Both the position numbers and the translations under genes were made by a program. This document shows positions 25,990-39,782 of a DNA stretch of 64,000 nt, piece after piece. Position 1 is the stretch's first letter, and every line of letters starts with the position of its first letter. The notes below the pieces were generated by a model, which saw nothing but the letters and a program-made list of their open reading frames with translations, was not told the DNA's origin and ran no database searches. Source of the stretch: Isurus oxyrinchus (Eukaryota). Location: assembly GCA_026770705.1 (NCBI GenBank), contig JANJGN010000036.1, forward strand, positions 806,001 to 870,000, in the 5' to 3' direction.

Positions 25990-27460
25990 TGGAAATTAAT
26001 TCGTGGAATGTGGACGTCACTGCCTAAACTAGCATTTATTGCCCACCATTAATTGCCCTTGACAAGGTAGTGGTGAGCTGCCTTCTTGAGCAGCTGCAGT
26101 CCCTGTGGTGTAGTTACACGCACTGCGCTGTTAGGGAGGGAGTTCCAGGATTTTGACCCAGCGACAGTGAAGGAATGGCCGATATATTTCCAAGTCAGGA
26201 TGTTGAGTGCTTCTGAGGGGAACATCCAGGTGGTGATGCTCGCATGTGTCTGCCCTTTCCATTTAGATAGCAGCTGTCTTGGGTTTGGAAGGTGCTGTCT
26301 AAGGAGCTAGGCGAGTTCGTGCACTGCATCTTATAGATGATACACACTGCTGCCACTGTGTATCAGTGATGGAAGGAGTGATTATTTGGGGGTTGCGTGC
26401 CAACCAAGCGGGCTGCTTTGTCTTGGATGCTGTCAAGCTTCTTGAGTGTTGTTGGAATTGCATTCTTCCAGGCAATTGGAGAGCAGTCCATCACCACCCC
26501 TGACTTGTGCCTTGTAGTTAGTGGAGAGGCTTTGGGGAGTCAGGAGGTGCATTAGTCTCTGCAGGATTCCTAGCTTCTGACCTGCATTTGTAGTGGCAGG
26601 AATTAATATGACTATCCATTTCAGGTTCTGCTCAATGGTTAACACGCAAAATGTTCATGGTCGGGATACAGCTATGGGAATGCCATTAAATATCAGGGGC
26701 GATGGTTAGATTTTCTCTAGTTGGAGATAGTTATTGCCGAGCACTTCTGTGGGGCGATTGTTAATTGACAATTATCAGCCAAGCCTGGATATTGTCCAGG
26801 TCTTGTTGCATTTGGACATGGACAATTTCAGTATCTAAGGAGTCAAGTATGGTGCTGAAAATTGTGCAATCATCAGCGAGCATCCCCACTTGTGACCTTA
26901 TGATGGCAGGAAGGTCATTGATGAAGCAGTTGAAGATGGTTCGGCCAAGGTCACCATCCTGAGGATCTCCTGCAGTGATGCCCGGGAACTGAAATGATTA
27001 ACCTCCACAGCCATAACCACTTCCCTTTGAGCTAGATACGACTGCAAACAAAGGAGAGTTTCTCTCTGGCTGACATTGACTCAAGTTTTGCAAGGGTTAC
27101 TTAATGCCACACAGTCAAATGCAGCCGTGATGTCAAGGGCAGTAACTCTGACATCACGTCTGGAGTTCAGTTCTTTTTGTCCATGTTTGAACCAAGGCTG
27201 TAATGAGGTGAATAGCTGAGTGTGCCTGCCGGAACCCACACAGAGTGTCGGTGGGCAGGTTATTGCTAAGCAAGCGCCGCTTGATAGCAATTTTGATGAC
27301 CCCTTCAGGCACTTTACTGATGATCAAGAGTATACCGATGGGGTGATAATTGGCCAGGTTGGATGTGTCCTGTTTTTTAATCTACAGGCCATGCCTGGGC
27401 AATTTCCCACATCGACGGGTAGATGCCAGTCCTGTAGCTGTACTGGAACAGCTTGGTAGC
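25990..27460 (-). mobile_element. Non-LTR retrotransposon (CR1/L2-group) RT 3' portion; shorter 3'-end copies at about 10960-11225, 19400-19790, 27715-27790 and 43620-43860
   Basis: VRVTALDITAAFD, FADD-like motif (ctgatgattgcac on the minus strand), AGQKLGILQR..LTPQSLST..KAQVR. The terminal block agcatttattgccc..gaaggtggtggtgag is shared by all copies. Confidence 0.75.
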
Positions 27461-29549
27461 ATGGGAAAGAACCCCACTGGGTTCTCACTTTGTCTTCTGA
27501 TTAAACATGAGCTGCAAAAATGACACGTCATTTCAGGATGCAGAGCAATCTGCGGAAGGATGTCAGAATCACAATTAACCTTATGCAGCTTCCCCTAACA
27601 GGTGCAATTCACGCCCGGTGGGAGGAGGGTCTATGCTAAGCACAATTAATTTAACTCACAGTCTAAATATAAGGAACTAGCTAACCAGAATTGGAGGCGG
27701 GGCTCCAACGTTTTTTAATTTATTTTTTTATAGGATGTGGGCATCGCTGGCTAGGTTACCACTTATTGCCCATCCCTAATTCCCTCTGCTGAGTACTGTC
27801 AAGATCACATACTAACAGTCACACACACACTCACATGCGCACATGCACACACACACTCTCTCTCTCTCTCTCACCTACATATGCTTACACACACATGTTC
27901 TCTTCTCTCTCTCACACACACAAGGACACACGCGCTCTCTGACACACATGCTCTCACACACAACATCTCACACACACAGGCTCTCAGACAAGCACTTACA
28001 CAACTCGGTTTCAGTACTAGTGGCGAAATTCTGCTTTAAATTCTCCCTCCAGTCTGTTGCGCATCTTCCTTTCACTTCAATATAATGGAATCTAACAGTT
28101 GGAACCTGTAAGCAATTGCAAAATATTTAGAGGTTACTCCAGGCTATCTTACAGTTGTAATGCTTCCCTGATCTGTCCACTCGAGGTGTTGGTCACTTTC
28201 CCCTGCGAATGTCAAGTTCAGTTTCCTTCTTGATCTGAAATGGTGAATCTTGTGAATTCACATGCTAGATAATCAAGCTCACAAACAATCGATTGTCTTT
28301 TACTGACTTTATAAATGTCAAAAATACAAGCTAAACCATTCAGTAATAGTTGCATTAATTTATTAAAGGTCTTTAATTTATCAAGTGGTAGATAATTGTT
28401 AAAGTATATAATTGGAGCAGTGGATTCCATAGGTTCACTTTAACAAACTATTTCTAACAACAATCAAGTTAGCAAGGCCATTACGATGGGAAGGAATTGA
28501 ATTGAAAGGCAGAGAATATCAAACTGAAATGTAACCTTGATAAGACCACACTCAGCATACTGTTGGCAGTGGGTAATGATGGCCTTTAAGGAAAGGAATA
28601 GGAAGGTCTACAATCAACATTGTGAGATTAGGATGCACAGAGGTCAGAGTTAAAGGATTGAAAGAAGTTGAGAGGAGAAAGGAAGCAAATTTCAAACCCA
28701 CAACGCAGTATTATGCAGTGAAAAGAGAAACACACACACAGGCTCCGGCATCTTCAGTAGTTTCCTCATAGCTGTAGTATGTCTGTATCACACACACACG
28801 CACACACACGCACATTTTTACCTAATCTCTGCTGGTTCATGTCGGAATCAGCCACACACACACACACACACACAAACACAAACACACACACAATCACACA
28901 CACACATTTTGACTAACCTGCCCTCTGCTTGATTCTGCCTGAATCACGCACACACACCTGCACCAACTTCCCCACCGCTATCACTGAGATCATATTGTAC
29001 AAAAATAATTATCATCACTTCCTATGATGTTGCCCGAGATTCACCTCTGGGGGTAATATTTTCAATGCTCTGAGGTTTTCAGCCATAAATTGTTCTGTCC
29101 GTTTCACTGTCAATTTCACACTTGATGGATTTTTGGCCACTTGCAGCCAGAAGCAGAAAACTACATATTGCCGAAATAAACAGCAGATTTGGTTCTCAAA
29201 AAAACCTGCATTATCAGCAACTCAACGCCGTTGACCTCATTGTCGACCTCCTCCTACGCAGCATAGGTCTGGACTTCATCGTCTTCACAGTCATTGCCAA
29301 ATGCTGGTGATGTCTATCATGCACTGCACGCAGGAGGGCACCAAGGGCGGGCTCACTGCACCTAGAGACAGCTATGCCTCTTCTTGAACGCCACTTCCCT
29401 TGCTTCGATTTTACAAACATCTATGCTTGGTAATATTTATTAAATATACAACTCCTGAATGGCAAAAGATGAGAGACTTGCAGAATTTTAAAAAATCTTC
29501 TGCTACCTATGAAATTTGGCATGGTGGGCAGAGATTAACTAAATTTATA

Positions 29550-30620
29550 TTAAAAACAGAAAATGCTGGTAAATTCTCAGGAGGCCTGGTGGCAACTGCA
29601 AAGAGAGAAACAGCGTTAACGTTTTCAGTACTTGTGACTCTTTTTAGGAGCAGAAAAGTAGAAATATCAAGGGTCTTATACAGTTGAAGAGAGGGGATGG
29701 AGAAACTGAAGCAAAAGTAACGTTACGGATAGGTGGGAGCTCAGGTGAGACTTCCAACAACTATCATGGACACAAGACAAAGGGAGTGTTAATGAGACTG
29801 TCAAAGGGAAAGGCAGATTCTAAAAGTTGCATGAAGATCTGATAACAGAATCTGTTCGTAGTAGAGCAAGGTTCAGTACTCTCTACAAGCAGGGTCTAAG
29901 AACAAGATAGAAAAAAAGTTACAGACTAGCCTTGTTAGGGTGGTTGTGGGTGAGGTGGTGGCGGGGTTGCTAAGATGGAGTCCATGGTCTGAATTTGTTG
30001 AACTCATTTTTAATTGTAGAAGGCTTTAAAGTGCCCAACTAGAAAATGAGGGCTTGTTCCTCTAGATTATTTGTGGGAATTTGAGGAATAGCACCTTCTC
30101 ATCTGATTCGGAAACGTGCAAATCTTCGGTACTTAACATTGAGCACAGTGACTTCAGGCCACGAATTCGGCCCTCGATTCTGTTATTATCTTCCCAAAGC
30201 CCAACCCCACTAGGACAGTCTGTCATTGTTCTTATGTTCTGTTTTCAGAGACCATTGAACCTTGTTTTCCTATTAACCCATTCTACTATCCGGCCTTCAG
30301 GGCACCATTAGCACCTGCCGTGGTCTTCAACACTATCATTGCTAATCTTTTTGTCAAGTGTCCATGTTATATTTGTCAAGTCTCCTCTGAGCTCCCAGCT
30401 ATCCCTGATCTTCTAGTATCATTTACCTGCTCCTTATCCTGACTTTAACAGTATGAAAACCCATGATAGTTGCATTTGTCTTTAGCTCTGAAGAGTCATA
30501 TGGGCTCGAAACGTTAACTCCGCGTCTCTCTCCACAGATGCTCCCAGACCTGTTGAGATTTTCCAGCATTTTCTGTTCATATTTCAAATTTCCAGCATCC
30601 AGAGTGTCTTGCTTTCATAT
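29550..30620. mobile_element. Inverted pair of Penelope 3'-end fragments (29550-30060 minus, about 30200-30620 plus)
   Basis: aaacagaaaatgctgg..aacg..gactct on the left mirrors gaagagtcatatgggctcgaaacgttaac..ccagcattttctg on the right. The endonuclease C-terminus (..LQL..EFN) lies at 29985-30060 on the minus strand. Confidence 0.65.
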
Positions 30621-31049
30621 TTGCTCAAATGTCAATTAACTTACCTGGACAGACTGGACAGTAGAGATATGACAGATGCACTTCACTGAGCACCTGACGG
30701 GTCGCCTGAGGCTCTCCCGCGCCAGGGGCCCTTTAAAGTGTTGGGCGTTACAATGCTCTGGGTAACGTTCTGCAGCCTCACATCTCACCCTCCAGCACTC
30801 ATTGGGAGGGACGACGGATTGTAAATCGCCCTTCCCACTAATTCACGGCAAATACCATATTATCGGGCACGCACGGACTGTGAGCCCGAAGATGGAATGC
30901 CGCCGACTTCTGAGTGCCGACCCCGCCATTAGCGCGCGATTCTATTATTCAGCCCGAAGTTTTTGCTAAATTCCCGATTGGATTATTTCTAGTAAGTACC
31001 TCATGCATTTGACCAATATTTTTCAAATCTTGTTATATGACCTGTAATG

Positions 31050-32200
31050 AACAGGATAAAAACACAGAGAGCTGTTTATCTCGGCACCATTTTCCAACCC
31101 CAACCGTGTATTTATTAACAAACACAGAGCAATGCATCTGCGTCTGAGTTACCAATATATTAAAGCAGATCTGAAAACCAATGATAGCTTCATAATAACA
31201 GCGTTTTTGATGGATCTGACCAGAAGAGGTGAGGGTGTCTCTTACGCTAATTTGCAAAGTCAGTTATAGAGCGAATGTGTGGGGGTGAGAAATGGGCTTC
31301 AGGGCCTAGATATCAGCTAACGCACTGGCTGGAAATTTCGGCTCCATCAATAATGTCCCGAGCACTCATTACTTCTGCCCTGGGAGTGAACGCTTATATT
31401 TACTCTAGAAAGAAAATTAAGTACAATGAATCTGCCATTTGGATATTGCAGATCAATTGCTTTTACAGACTAGAATATTAGAATCATAGACAATTACAGA
31501 ACATAAGGAGGACATCGGCCAGCCACGCCTGTACTTGCTCTTTGAATGTGCAATTTAGTCTCACACCCTATTTATCTCCTCATGATTCTGAGAATTAATC
31601 CTCTTGTAGCAAAGTTCCAGTAAATGATGGTATCTATACTGCATACAGCACACAGTGGCTGTGATTAAAAGCCATGTGTTGAAGTTGCTAATTATTTGCA
31701 AATGTTAACACAATTCATGTCTCACATGAGACTATTTGTCAAACTGGCGACTAAGATTGAGATGTTGTTTCACTGAGAGAATGTCATTTATTTCCATAGT
31801 ACCTTTAATTTCATAAACATTAAAAAGCTGGACTGGAATACGCTGGTGTGATCATCACTGGATAACTGCGTTAGTTTTTAAACTCAGATCGAATGTACCT
31901 AACAGATTGAAACATTTACAAATTAATCAGTTTATTCTGCTGTCAAACAACATTCTTTAAAGGTATTTTGGAGGTATTTTTCTCAGGATGCAGATGGAAA
32001 AGTTCATTCTGCTAAATACCGCTCATCCACCCGGAAAGTATCTGACCCCCTCAATCATTAGGGCAACAATTCTTTCTTCAACAATTTCAAAGAGTTTCAT
32101 GGACCCAATGCCCCCAAATCTATTTCGCTCTACCCAGGGAACCATTCTCAATGCTGGTCGCTCTCTGTGTTATAGACCTCGTGACATCAGTCTTCAACTA
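31050..32200 (+). repeat. Diverged copy of the A1 3' flank (51290-52260) with no adjacent gene
   Basis: Shared blocks gtttcactgag, tatttccat..atttcat.aac.ttaaaaagctgg.ctggaat, ttattctgctgt and tggaaaa..tcattctgctaaa. Confidence 0.75.
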
Positions 32201-33010
32201 ATCCTACTTGAAACAAGAATTTGGAGTAGGATTCGGCCATTCAGCCTCTCGAGACTTCTTCACTATTCAATGTATGATCCGTTCCAGAGGTCCAGCTAAC
32301 TGCATTCATTCCATAAACCTTAATCCCCTCACTTGACCAAACAATTGAATTGACACCAACATGAACTGCTTTTAGGGGAAGACATTTGGAGATTTCCACT
32401 CAGTGTTGTGTGGAGAAGTGCTTCGTGACATCAGCTCTGAACGGCCTCTCTCTAATTTGAATATTTATCCCCTTGGTTTGGCTCTCTGTCTGCTCCCCCT
32501 TGCCCTCACTGGAGGAATATTTTTTATCTCCACCTATCCTTTGAAAGTGCAGGCTAACCAGGTGTAGTATAATCATTTATCTCTCTAACTAAATATCTTG
32601 TTAATAGTTACTTGGTAATACAGAACACGAGTATTGTTCAAAAAAGGTCCTTATTTGGCAAAGGTTTCCTTTTTGCGGTCATCAGTTCAATTCGCAAGTA
32701 AATACAAATATTAGTGGAAACAGCCCATTTATACTGTACAAGATAGAAGTACTGATTGGTTGGCAACTGGACTCTGTTTGCCAGACGTGTTTCCATGGAA
32801 GATGCACTAGTTGAATGTGACTGACAGCCAACTTCCAAGCAAGGTATCTCAGAAATTTGACAACAGTTGAAGCTGACAATTTCATGCAGCTACTATGAAG
32901 TAGCACATGCGAATCATATTCACCACTAACAGAATGCTGCTGTCAAGCCAAAAAACACTCTTTGTATCACACTAATGACTAATGTGGTCAATGAATTCCA
33001 TTGCCAGTGT

Positions 33011-33859
33011 TGTGAGGAAGATATGATATTGACTGTAATGATACTGGAACTAAGTTAACATAGATTCCCAGTGATGTCTGTGCATTTGTGTGTGTATGCC
33101 TGCTGGTCTTTATTGGATTGCAGAAAGCTGGTGTAGAGGCTTTGATGCATAGAAGAGAAGCAGGTTTGAAATGTTAATTGGGTAAACATAGGGAAGTAAG
33201 AAATGAATTGTAAAAGGGACAATTTGCAATTTAAAATTAAGCATTCAAACGATTGAAATATTATACCTAGCCAGAAGAAGCAGAGCAATGTGTTTACTTA
33301 TTCCAAAGCTTACTAATACAAGTGGCGTTATGGAACGGTTAGAAGAGGTAAAGGTAAAAAAAAATATTATTATACAATGGGAATTTGCACTCAACGAGGA
33401 AGATATGCATAATGGAAGAGAAGGCTGTTGGTGAAAATGGAGGGCTTCTAAAACCTAAAGTCTCCAACCTATAAACGTCAAGTCGCTGTTTGTGAGGACC
33501 CAGAGCTGAAAGAAACTCGTTTTGAATTCGATTTTCCAGAGTGTGCTTTGCCAGGAGTCTATTTAAATCTATGTGTTTTACTGTTAACTTAACGGAGGTG
33601 TAACTGAGAGTCAGGATAATTAGGGGATTCTTAGAAGTTATTATGGTAGTACTTTGTAAACCTATGTATGTACTTGCAATTATTATTTAATAAAGGTTCA
33701 ATTTACTTTTCAAAAACATCATGACCTTATAAGGGTGGCCTTATAAATGATTTCCAAGTCTGCATCTCGAAACATGCAAATTGCAAAAGTTGGTCATGAC
33801 AGTTGTTTCAAGTTTCCCTCATGGACATGACAAACTCGCCCTTACCATGTATCGTAACA
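33011..33859 (+). repeat. 5' LTR of Gypsy element
   Basis: Shares blocks with 38932-39782, e.g. ggacccagagctga.agaaactc, ttgcaaaa..ggt.atgacagt and ttcaagtttccctc. Confidence 0.85.
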
Positions 33860-36800
33860 TTAGGGGTCTCTTTGCGGGATATATATGAAATTCTTTGATT
33901 TTAATGAATTGGGGAATCTTAAGGTAACGAGAACGAGAAGCACTTTGACTTCAGGAGAGGTTATGAATTATTTCTGAAGTGGTGAGACTGTAGAAATGGC
34001 TGCATCCATGGCTAAAGCGTTTTTGAAAGTAGAAGATGCAACTCGGACTGGGTTACAGAAAGTATCAAAGAATAGGTTAACAGATTCTGTGGTTAATTTG
34101 CATTTGTCTTACCTGCAGAGGCCAGGAAAGCAGATATAATTGAAGGGATAGCAAAGCATCTGAAGCTGTAAGTGATGCCTGACACAGATGAGTCACAGCT
34201 GGGGGTAATGACACTCAGTTAGAAATGAAGAAGCTTGAACTTGAAGAAGTAAAATGAATTAAAAAAATGAGCTCGAGGCAGCAGAAGCGGACAGGACAGA
34301 AAGAGAAAAAGAAACAGCATCACAAAGGCAGCAAGTGGATAGGCAGGAGAAAGAATGGAAGCTTGAACTGAAATTACAGGCAAGAGAGAAGAATAAAGAA
34401 TGAGAGGCAAGGGAATGATAGAAGGAAAGATGAAGGACATACCAACTGAAAAGGCTGGAAGTTAAAAAAAAGAACTCTGACACTGAGGAAAGCTCTGATG
34501 TTGAAAAAACATTTACCCTAAAATCCAATGGGGAATGGTTTAAATTTGTATCAGCTCTTCCAAAGTTTGAGGTAACGGATGTTGAAGCATTCTTTACTTC
34601 ATTTGAGGCGACAGCCCAACAGATGAAATTGCCACAGGAAAAATGGACATTGTCGTTACAAGCCAGGTTAGTGGGTAAAGCACATGAGGTATATGCTTCG
34701 CTGTCTGAAGGAATGTTTGTGAATTATGATCTGGGAAAATAAAGGCTAGTTTGAGTGCATATGAATGAGGCATCCAGGCAGAAAATCAGGAATATGTGAA
34801 AACAGCCTCGGCAAACTTATAATGAATTTGAAAGACGAGAACAAAGCAATTTTGAGTGCTGGATATGAGCATTTCAAATTGGTGCAACATATGCAGCTCT
34901 TAAAGAAGTAATTCCTTTGGAAGAAATTAAAGATCAATTCGTTTGGTAGTGAGAATTCGTGTGGAGGAACAGAAGGTCTCAACAGTAAGAAAGCATTTGA
35001 GATAGCTGCTGATTATCAGTTAGTTCATAGAGCTAAACATATTTTGGCACCCCTTCAAATCAGAAACGGATAGACAATGGGAAGGTGAAAAGAACTTGGG
35101 TAGTCAGGGAAGAGAAGGAAAAGGTTCCCAGGAAGCTTCATTTTCTCAGAATGAAATGGAAGCTGCAAAGGGGAGAAGTGACATTGGAAAATTGAGGTAT
35201 TTTCATTGTAATGAAGTTGGACACATGACGTCAGTGTGCTGGAATTTACAAAGAAAACCTATTGCAATTTTTGAGTTGCAGAAAGTTTCTGGAAGTCAGT
35301 GTGCTGTGAGTTCAACTATTGTGCCATAGGAGGAAGCATTGGTTTGTTTATATTTCAAACAGGAAAAATCAGTGATTGGTAATGAAGTGGGAACATGATC
35401 ACAATTTACGCAAGAAAATTTTGTACAGAAGGTCTCAGAAGTATTAAGAGGTTTTGCAAATGAAGGGAAAGCCTTTCCATGTTTACAGGCTGGAGTAGGT
35501 AAACATATAAACATTTAAAGAGAAACAGTCATTCCTTGTTGTGAGAAAGTGATATTTGTTGTACAAAGGGAGTATTGCAGGAAAAGGAGACAATAAATGG
35601 GGTTCATGGAGATAGTGAAACTATTCCTTTGTGGAGAATAAATTTAAAAGGTAAGTGGAAAACTGGTGAAGTGAACTTTGGATTGGTGTCAAAATTGCCC
35701 GTTGCAGTGGTTCCAGTTGTTCTGGGTAAAGATGTAGCTTGGTGAACAATGTCAGTGATGCCTAAGGTATGTGAGCAGCCTGTAGAGGTGTCTGCAATGG
35801 AAGTGTTACAGAGGGAAAATCCTGGATGGTCTTCAGGTTGCGTGATCACGACATCACAGACTCATGAGTTGAAACAAGAAGATCAAGAAGGACAGCAATC
35901 CAAAGGCAGGACGGAGATATTGAAATCCAATTAGCTGACACTATGTTTGGTAACATCGTTGAGAAAAACACAGCAGAGGAAATGACACTTGAAGTCTTTA
36001 GCTCAAGACAGTTAATTGAGTTACAACGAAAGAATTTGCAATTTAACCGGGTATGTCAGCTTACTCTGAAAAAGAGGCAAAATATATTCCGGAATGTTAT
36101 TTCAATCAGATTGTGCAAGACGTATCTTGTCTGAGCAAATGAAAGATGGAGGTGCATCACGTTGTTATCCCAGTTGGGTATGAAAGTTAGAATCCGAGGA
36201 TTTTTCCTGACATTCCAATGATGGGACATTTAGAAATTAGGAAAACACAGGCCAAAATGCAGAAACATTTTTATTGACCTGGTTTGCATCGGATGTAGTC
36301 AAATTCTGTAAAAAATGTCACACAGGTCATGTGATATGGAAATCACAAGCAGTGTCTAAGCTCAGTCGCAATTCCAGCATTTGAAGAACCTTTTACCAGG
36401 ATCATGATTGATTGTATTTGGAGCCGCTCTAAGACTAAAGGTGGAAAGCTGTATTTAATGAGAATACTGGATGTATCTACCAGATTTCCAGAAGCGATGC
36501 CTTTAAGAAGTATTACAACAAAGAAGATTGTGGAAGATTTAACTAAATATTTACAAGATGTGGATTACCTAAGGAAATTCAATGTGATCAGGTTCGAATG
36601 TTATGCCGTAATTGTTTATGGGGGAATGAACAACAATTCACGTGAACAGCTTACCACCCTAAGTCTCAAGGGGCTTAGGAAAAATGACATCAAACTGTAA
36701 AACCTGTGATGGCAGCGTATTGTCAGGATTATCCAAGGATTGAGCTGGACAAATTCCATTCTCGTTATTTCCTATTGGAGATGCTGCTAATGCATCGACT

Positions 36801-38762
36801 GTGTTCAGCCTTTTTGAATTAATTTACGGTCAAGAGGTAAAAGCACCACTTAAATAGATTCATGAGAGATAGGTGGGTCAAAATTCAGAAGCTTCTCTGC
36901 TGGCTTACGTATTAAACTTCAGGGAGAGTGTAGACAGAGCATGTGAATTGGCTAGGGAACATTTAACGATATCAGCACAAATGATGAAATTAAAAGCAGA
37001 CAGGAAGTCTATAACTCAGAATTTTGTTGCTGGGGAGAAAGTGCTAGTTCTGTTTCCAGTACTGGTTGATGCAATAAAGACAAGGTTTAGTGGGCTTACA
37101 GGATTAAAAAAAGTGAGTGAAGTATATTATTTAATAAGCGCTCCAGATAGAAGAAAGAAGCAGCGCATGTGTCATGTAAATATCCTATGAAATACTTTGA
37201 CAGGGAAGAGGAACAAAAGCAAATGTTAGTGCTGATAGATAATGAGAAAGAGAAATGCAGGATTCTGAATTCGATTTTCCTCTAATCAATTTGGATAATG
37301 AAGGGTTACATAAAAGTTTAAATGTAATATTGAGTTACTTTCCAGACAATTGTCAATGTGATTTAGGAAATATATTGCAATTACACGAAGCAATTTGTGG
37401 AAATAAGTTAGAGAGGTGAGATTTAGCTATACATTACTTTTCTGTAAAAGTTTAACCTTCAGTAAGGCCAACATCCTTATAATTAAATTCGATAAAGTAT
37501 CATGTAGAGAAAGAAATTGACTTCATGCTTCAAAGTAATATCATTAAGCGTAGTTGCAGTAGCAGGACTTTGCCTATTGAACCAGCACTGAAACAGGATG
37601 GAACAGAAAGACTGGCTGTGGATTAGCGAAAGGTGAATGCGGTAAAAAAGTAGATTCAAATCCAGTACCAAGGTTGGACAATTGTATTGAGAAAGTGGGT
37701 CAATCAAATCGTATCACAAGCATTGAGTTGCTAAAGGGACATTGGCAAGTACCGTTATTGAAGAGAACAAATGAGATATCAGCTTTTATGACGCCAAATG
37801 AACCAAATGATTTTAAGGTCATGCCATTAGGCATGAAGAACGCACTGGCGGCATTTCAAAGGCAAAGAAACAAATTAATTGCAGGTTTAACAATTGTGCT
37901 CTTTATGTTGATGACTTATTAGTTTTCAGTCAGAGGGGGGATGACCTTTTGCAACAGCTTGAAGAATTATTTACCAGACTACAGGAAGCTAATTTGATGA
38001 TGATCTTGGCTAAAAGTGAAATTTGAAAAGAGAAATTTACACATTTAATTCATGCATTTGGACAGGGTAAGGTCGCTCCGAGTGATGAGAATGCCAAGAC
38101 TATTGCGGATTTCCCAGTGTCTATAACAAAACGAGAAGTTTAAGATTCCTGGGAATCTCAAGTGGGTTTTGCTGGAAATTTATACCAAATGTTAGCAGTG
38201 TAGTTTCTCCACTGATTGATCTATTAAAATTTTTTTAATGGGCACTGAAGTATCAGACAATTCTAAAGCGGAATTAACTATGACACCAGTTTCGACAATA
38301 TCCAATTACGCCAAGCAATTTAAGTTAGCCGTGACATAAATGATACAGGCATTGAGGCCGTACTGGTATAAGAAGTTGACAGTGGATTTGAATAACCAAT
38401 AGCGTATTTTTCACGGAAGTTAAATGCACAACAGGAAAGATATTCAACAATTATAAAGGAGATGTTGGGTTTAGTGTAACATTTTAGCATTTTGAAATCA
38501 ATGTGGCAAACAATTCGTCAGAAACTTTGTCTACACCGATCATAATTCGTTAAAAGTTTCTATACAAATTTCGAGACAGAAGAACAAGGCTATCCAGCTG
38601 GAGTCTATTACAGCAAGCTTTTGATCTACAGATTATTCATTTTTCTGGTAGAGAAATCTGATGGCAGATGCTGTGTGAAGAGTTTGAAACTTAAATGGAA
38701 AATTGGACATTTAAAACCTGGACACTGAACTTGAATGATTTCTGTTCATACCAAGGAATTGC

Positions 38763-38795
<33 letters not shown>

Positions 38796-38931
38796 GTTAT
38801 GTTAATGCATGCATCTGGAAATGTAGTAGAATAAGTACATAGATAAGTATAGGCGGTAGTGTATGATGGGTTAATAAAAATGAAGCTGTCTTTTAGAATG
38901 GTGACAGTTCATGTTTAGATAAGGCGGGTGA

Positions 38932-39782
38932 TGTCAAGAAGATTTAATTATGCCTTTAATGTTGATGGAAATTATTTTTAAATAGAGCTTTTTTTGTATC
39001 TGTGTCAATGTGTGTGAATTTCAGTGTGTCATATTTGGATTAATGCCGACTGGTTAGAGGATTTGATCTATAGACAAGAAGGAGGTTTAACATGTTAATT
39101 GAGTAAACAGCGGGAGGTTACAAGGTGAAATGTAAAGGGGCAAGTTGCTTTTTAAAAAAAATAAACCATTCCAAAGACCCTCGGCAGAAGAAGCCAAACA
39201 ATGTTTTTACTTTTTTTTTCCAAATCTGACTAATAAAATTGGTGCTTTGAAAGGGTTTTATTGTTCAAAGAGGTAATGTTAGAAAACAACCTAGTATTAC
39301 AATGAGAATTTGCATTGAAAGAGGAAAATATGTATAAACGAAAAGAAGGCTGTTGTTAAAAGTGCAGTGATTCTAAGATCTAAAACCTCCAGCCTGTAAG
39401 CATGAAAGGACCCAGAGCTGACAGAAACTCATTATGAATTCGACTGTACTGAGTGTGCTCTGCCAGGGGTCTGTTTAAATCTGTGTGTTTACCATTGCCT
39501 TAATGGAGGTGTAACAGAGATTCAGATTAAGTATGGAATTTTATATGTTATAATATTATTAATTTGTAGTCATATGTTTGTGGTTAAACTTGTTTAATTA
39601 TTAAATAATTAATTTATTCTTAAAAAAACATCTTGAAATTCGGTTGTTCTATTACATCTGAATTCACAGCCTGCATTTCGAAACAGACAAATTGCAAAAA
39701 TGGTTATGACAGTCTCTTCAAGTTTCCCTCTGGGATTTAAACAATTCGGCCTTTCCCATCAGCTTTGTCAAACTAAGTGACA
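38932..39782 (+). repeat. 3' LTR of Gypsy element
   Basis: Starts tgtcaagaag after the PPT-like aaggcgggtga and ends aagtgaca. Confidence 0.85.

Larger units (their letters stand above)
33011..39782 (+). mobile_element. Decayed Ty3/Gypsy LTR retrotransposon of the Gmr1 type (gag-PR-INT-RT-RNaseH), two LTRs
   Basis: Similar TG..CA LTRs at 33011-33859 and 38932-39782. Degenerate tRNA-Pro-like PBS taggggtctctttgcgggat at 33861; purine-rich PPT before 38932. Gag LPKFE..FE..A..W..LVGKAHEVYASL (about 34560), CCHC-like FHCNEVGHMTSVC (about 35200), integrase IDC..DVSTRFPEAMPL (36404), RT LLKGHWQVPL..MPLGMKNA and YVDDL (about 37904), RNaseH about 38300-38690. Confidence 0.9.

Noticed and set aside
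28218-29420. Short ORFs 28218-28430 and 29214-29420 as viral or transposase remnants
   Set aside because: No recognisable motif; cannot be supported without a search.
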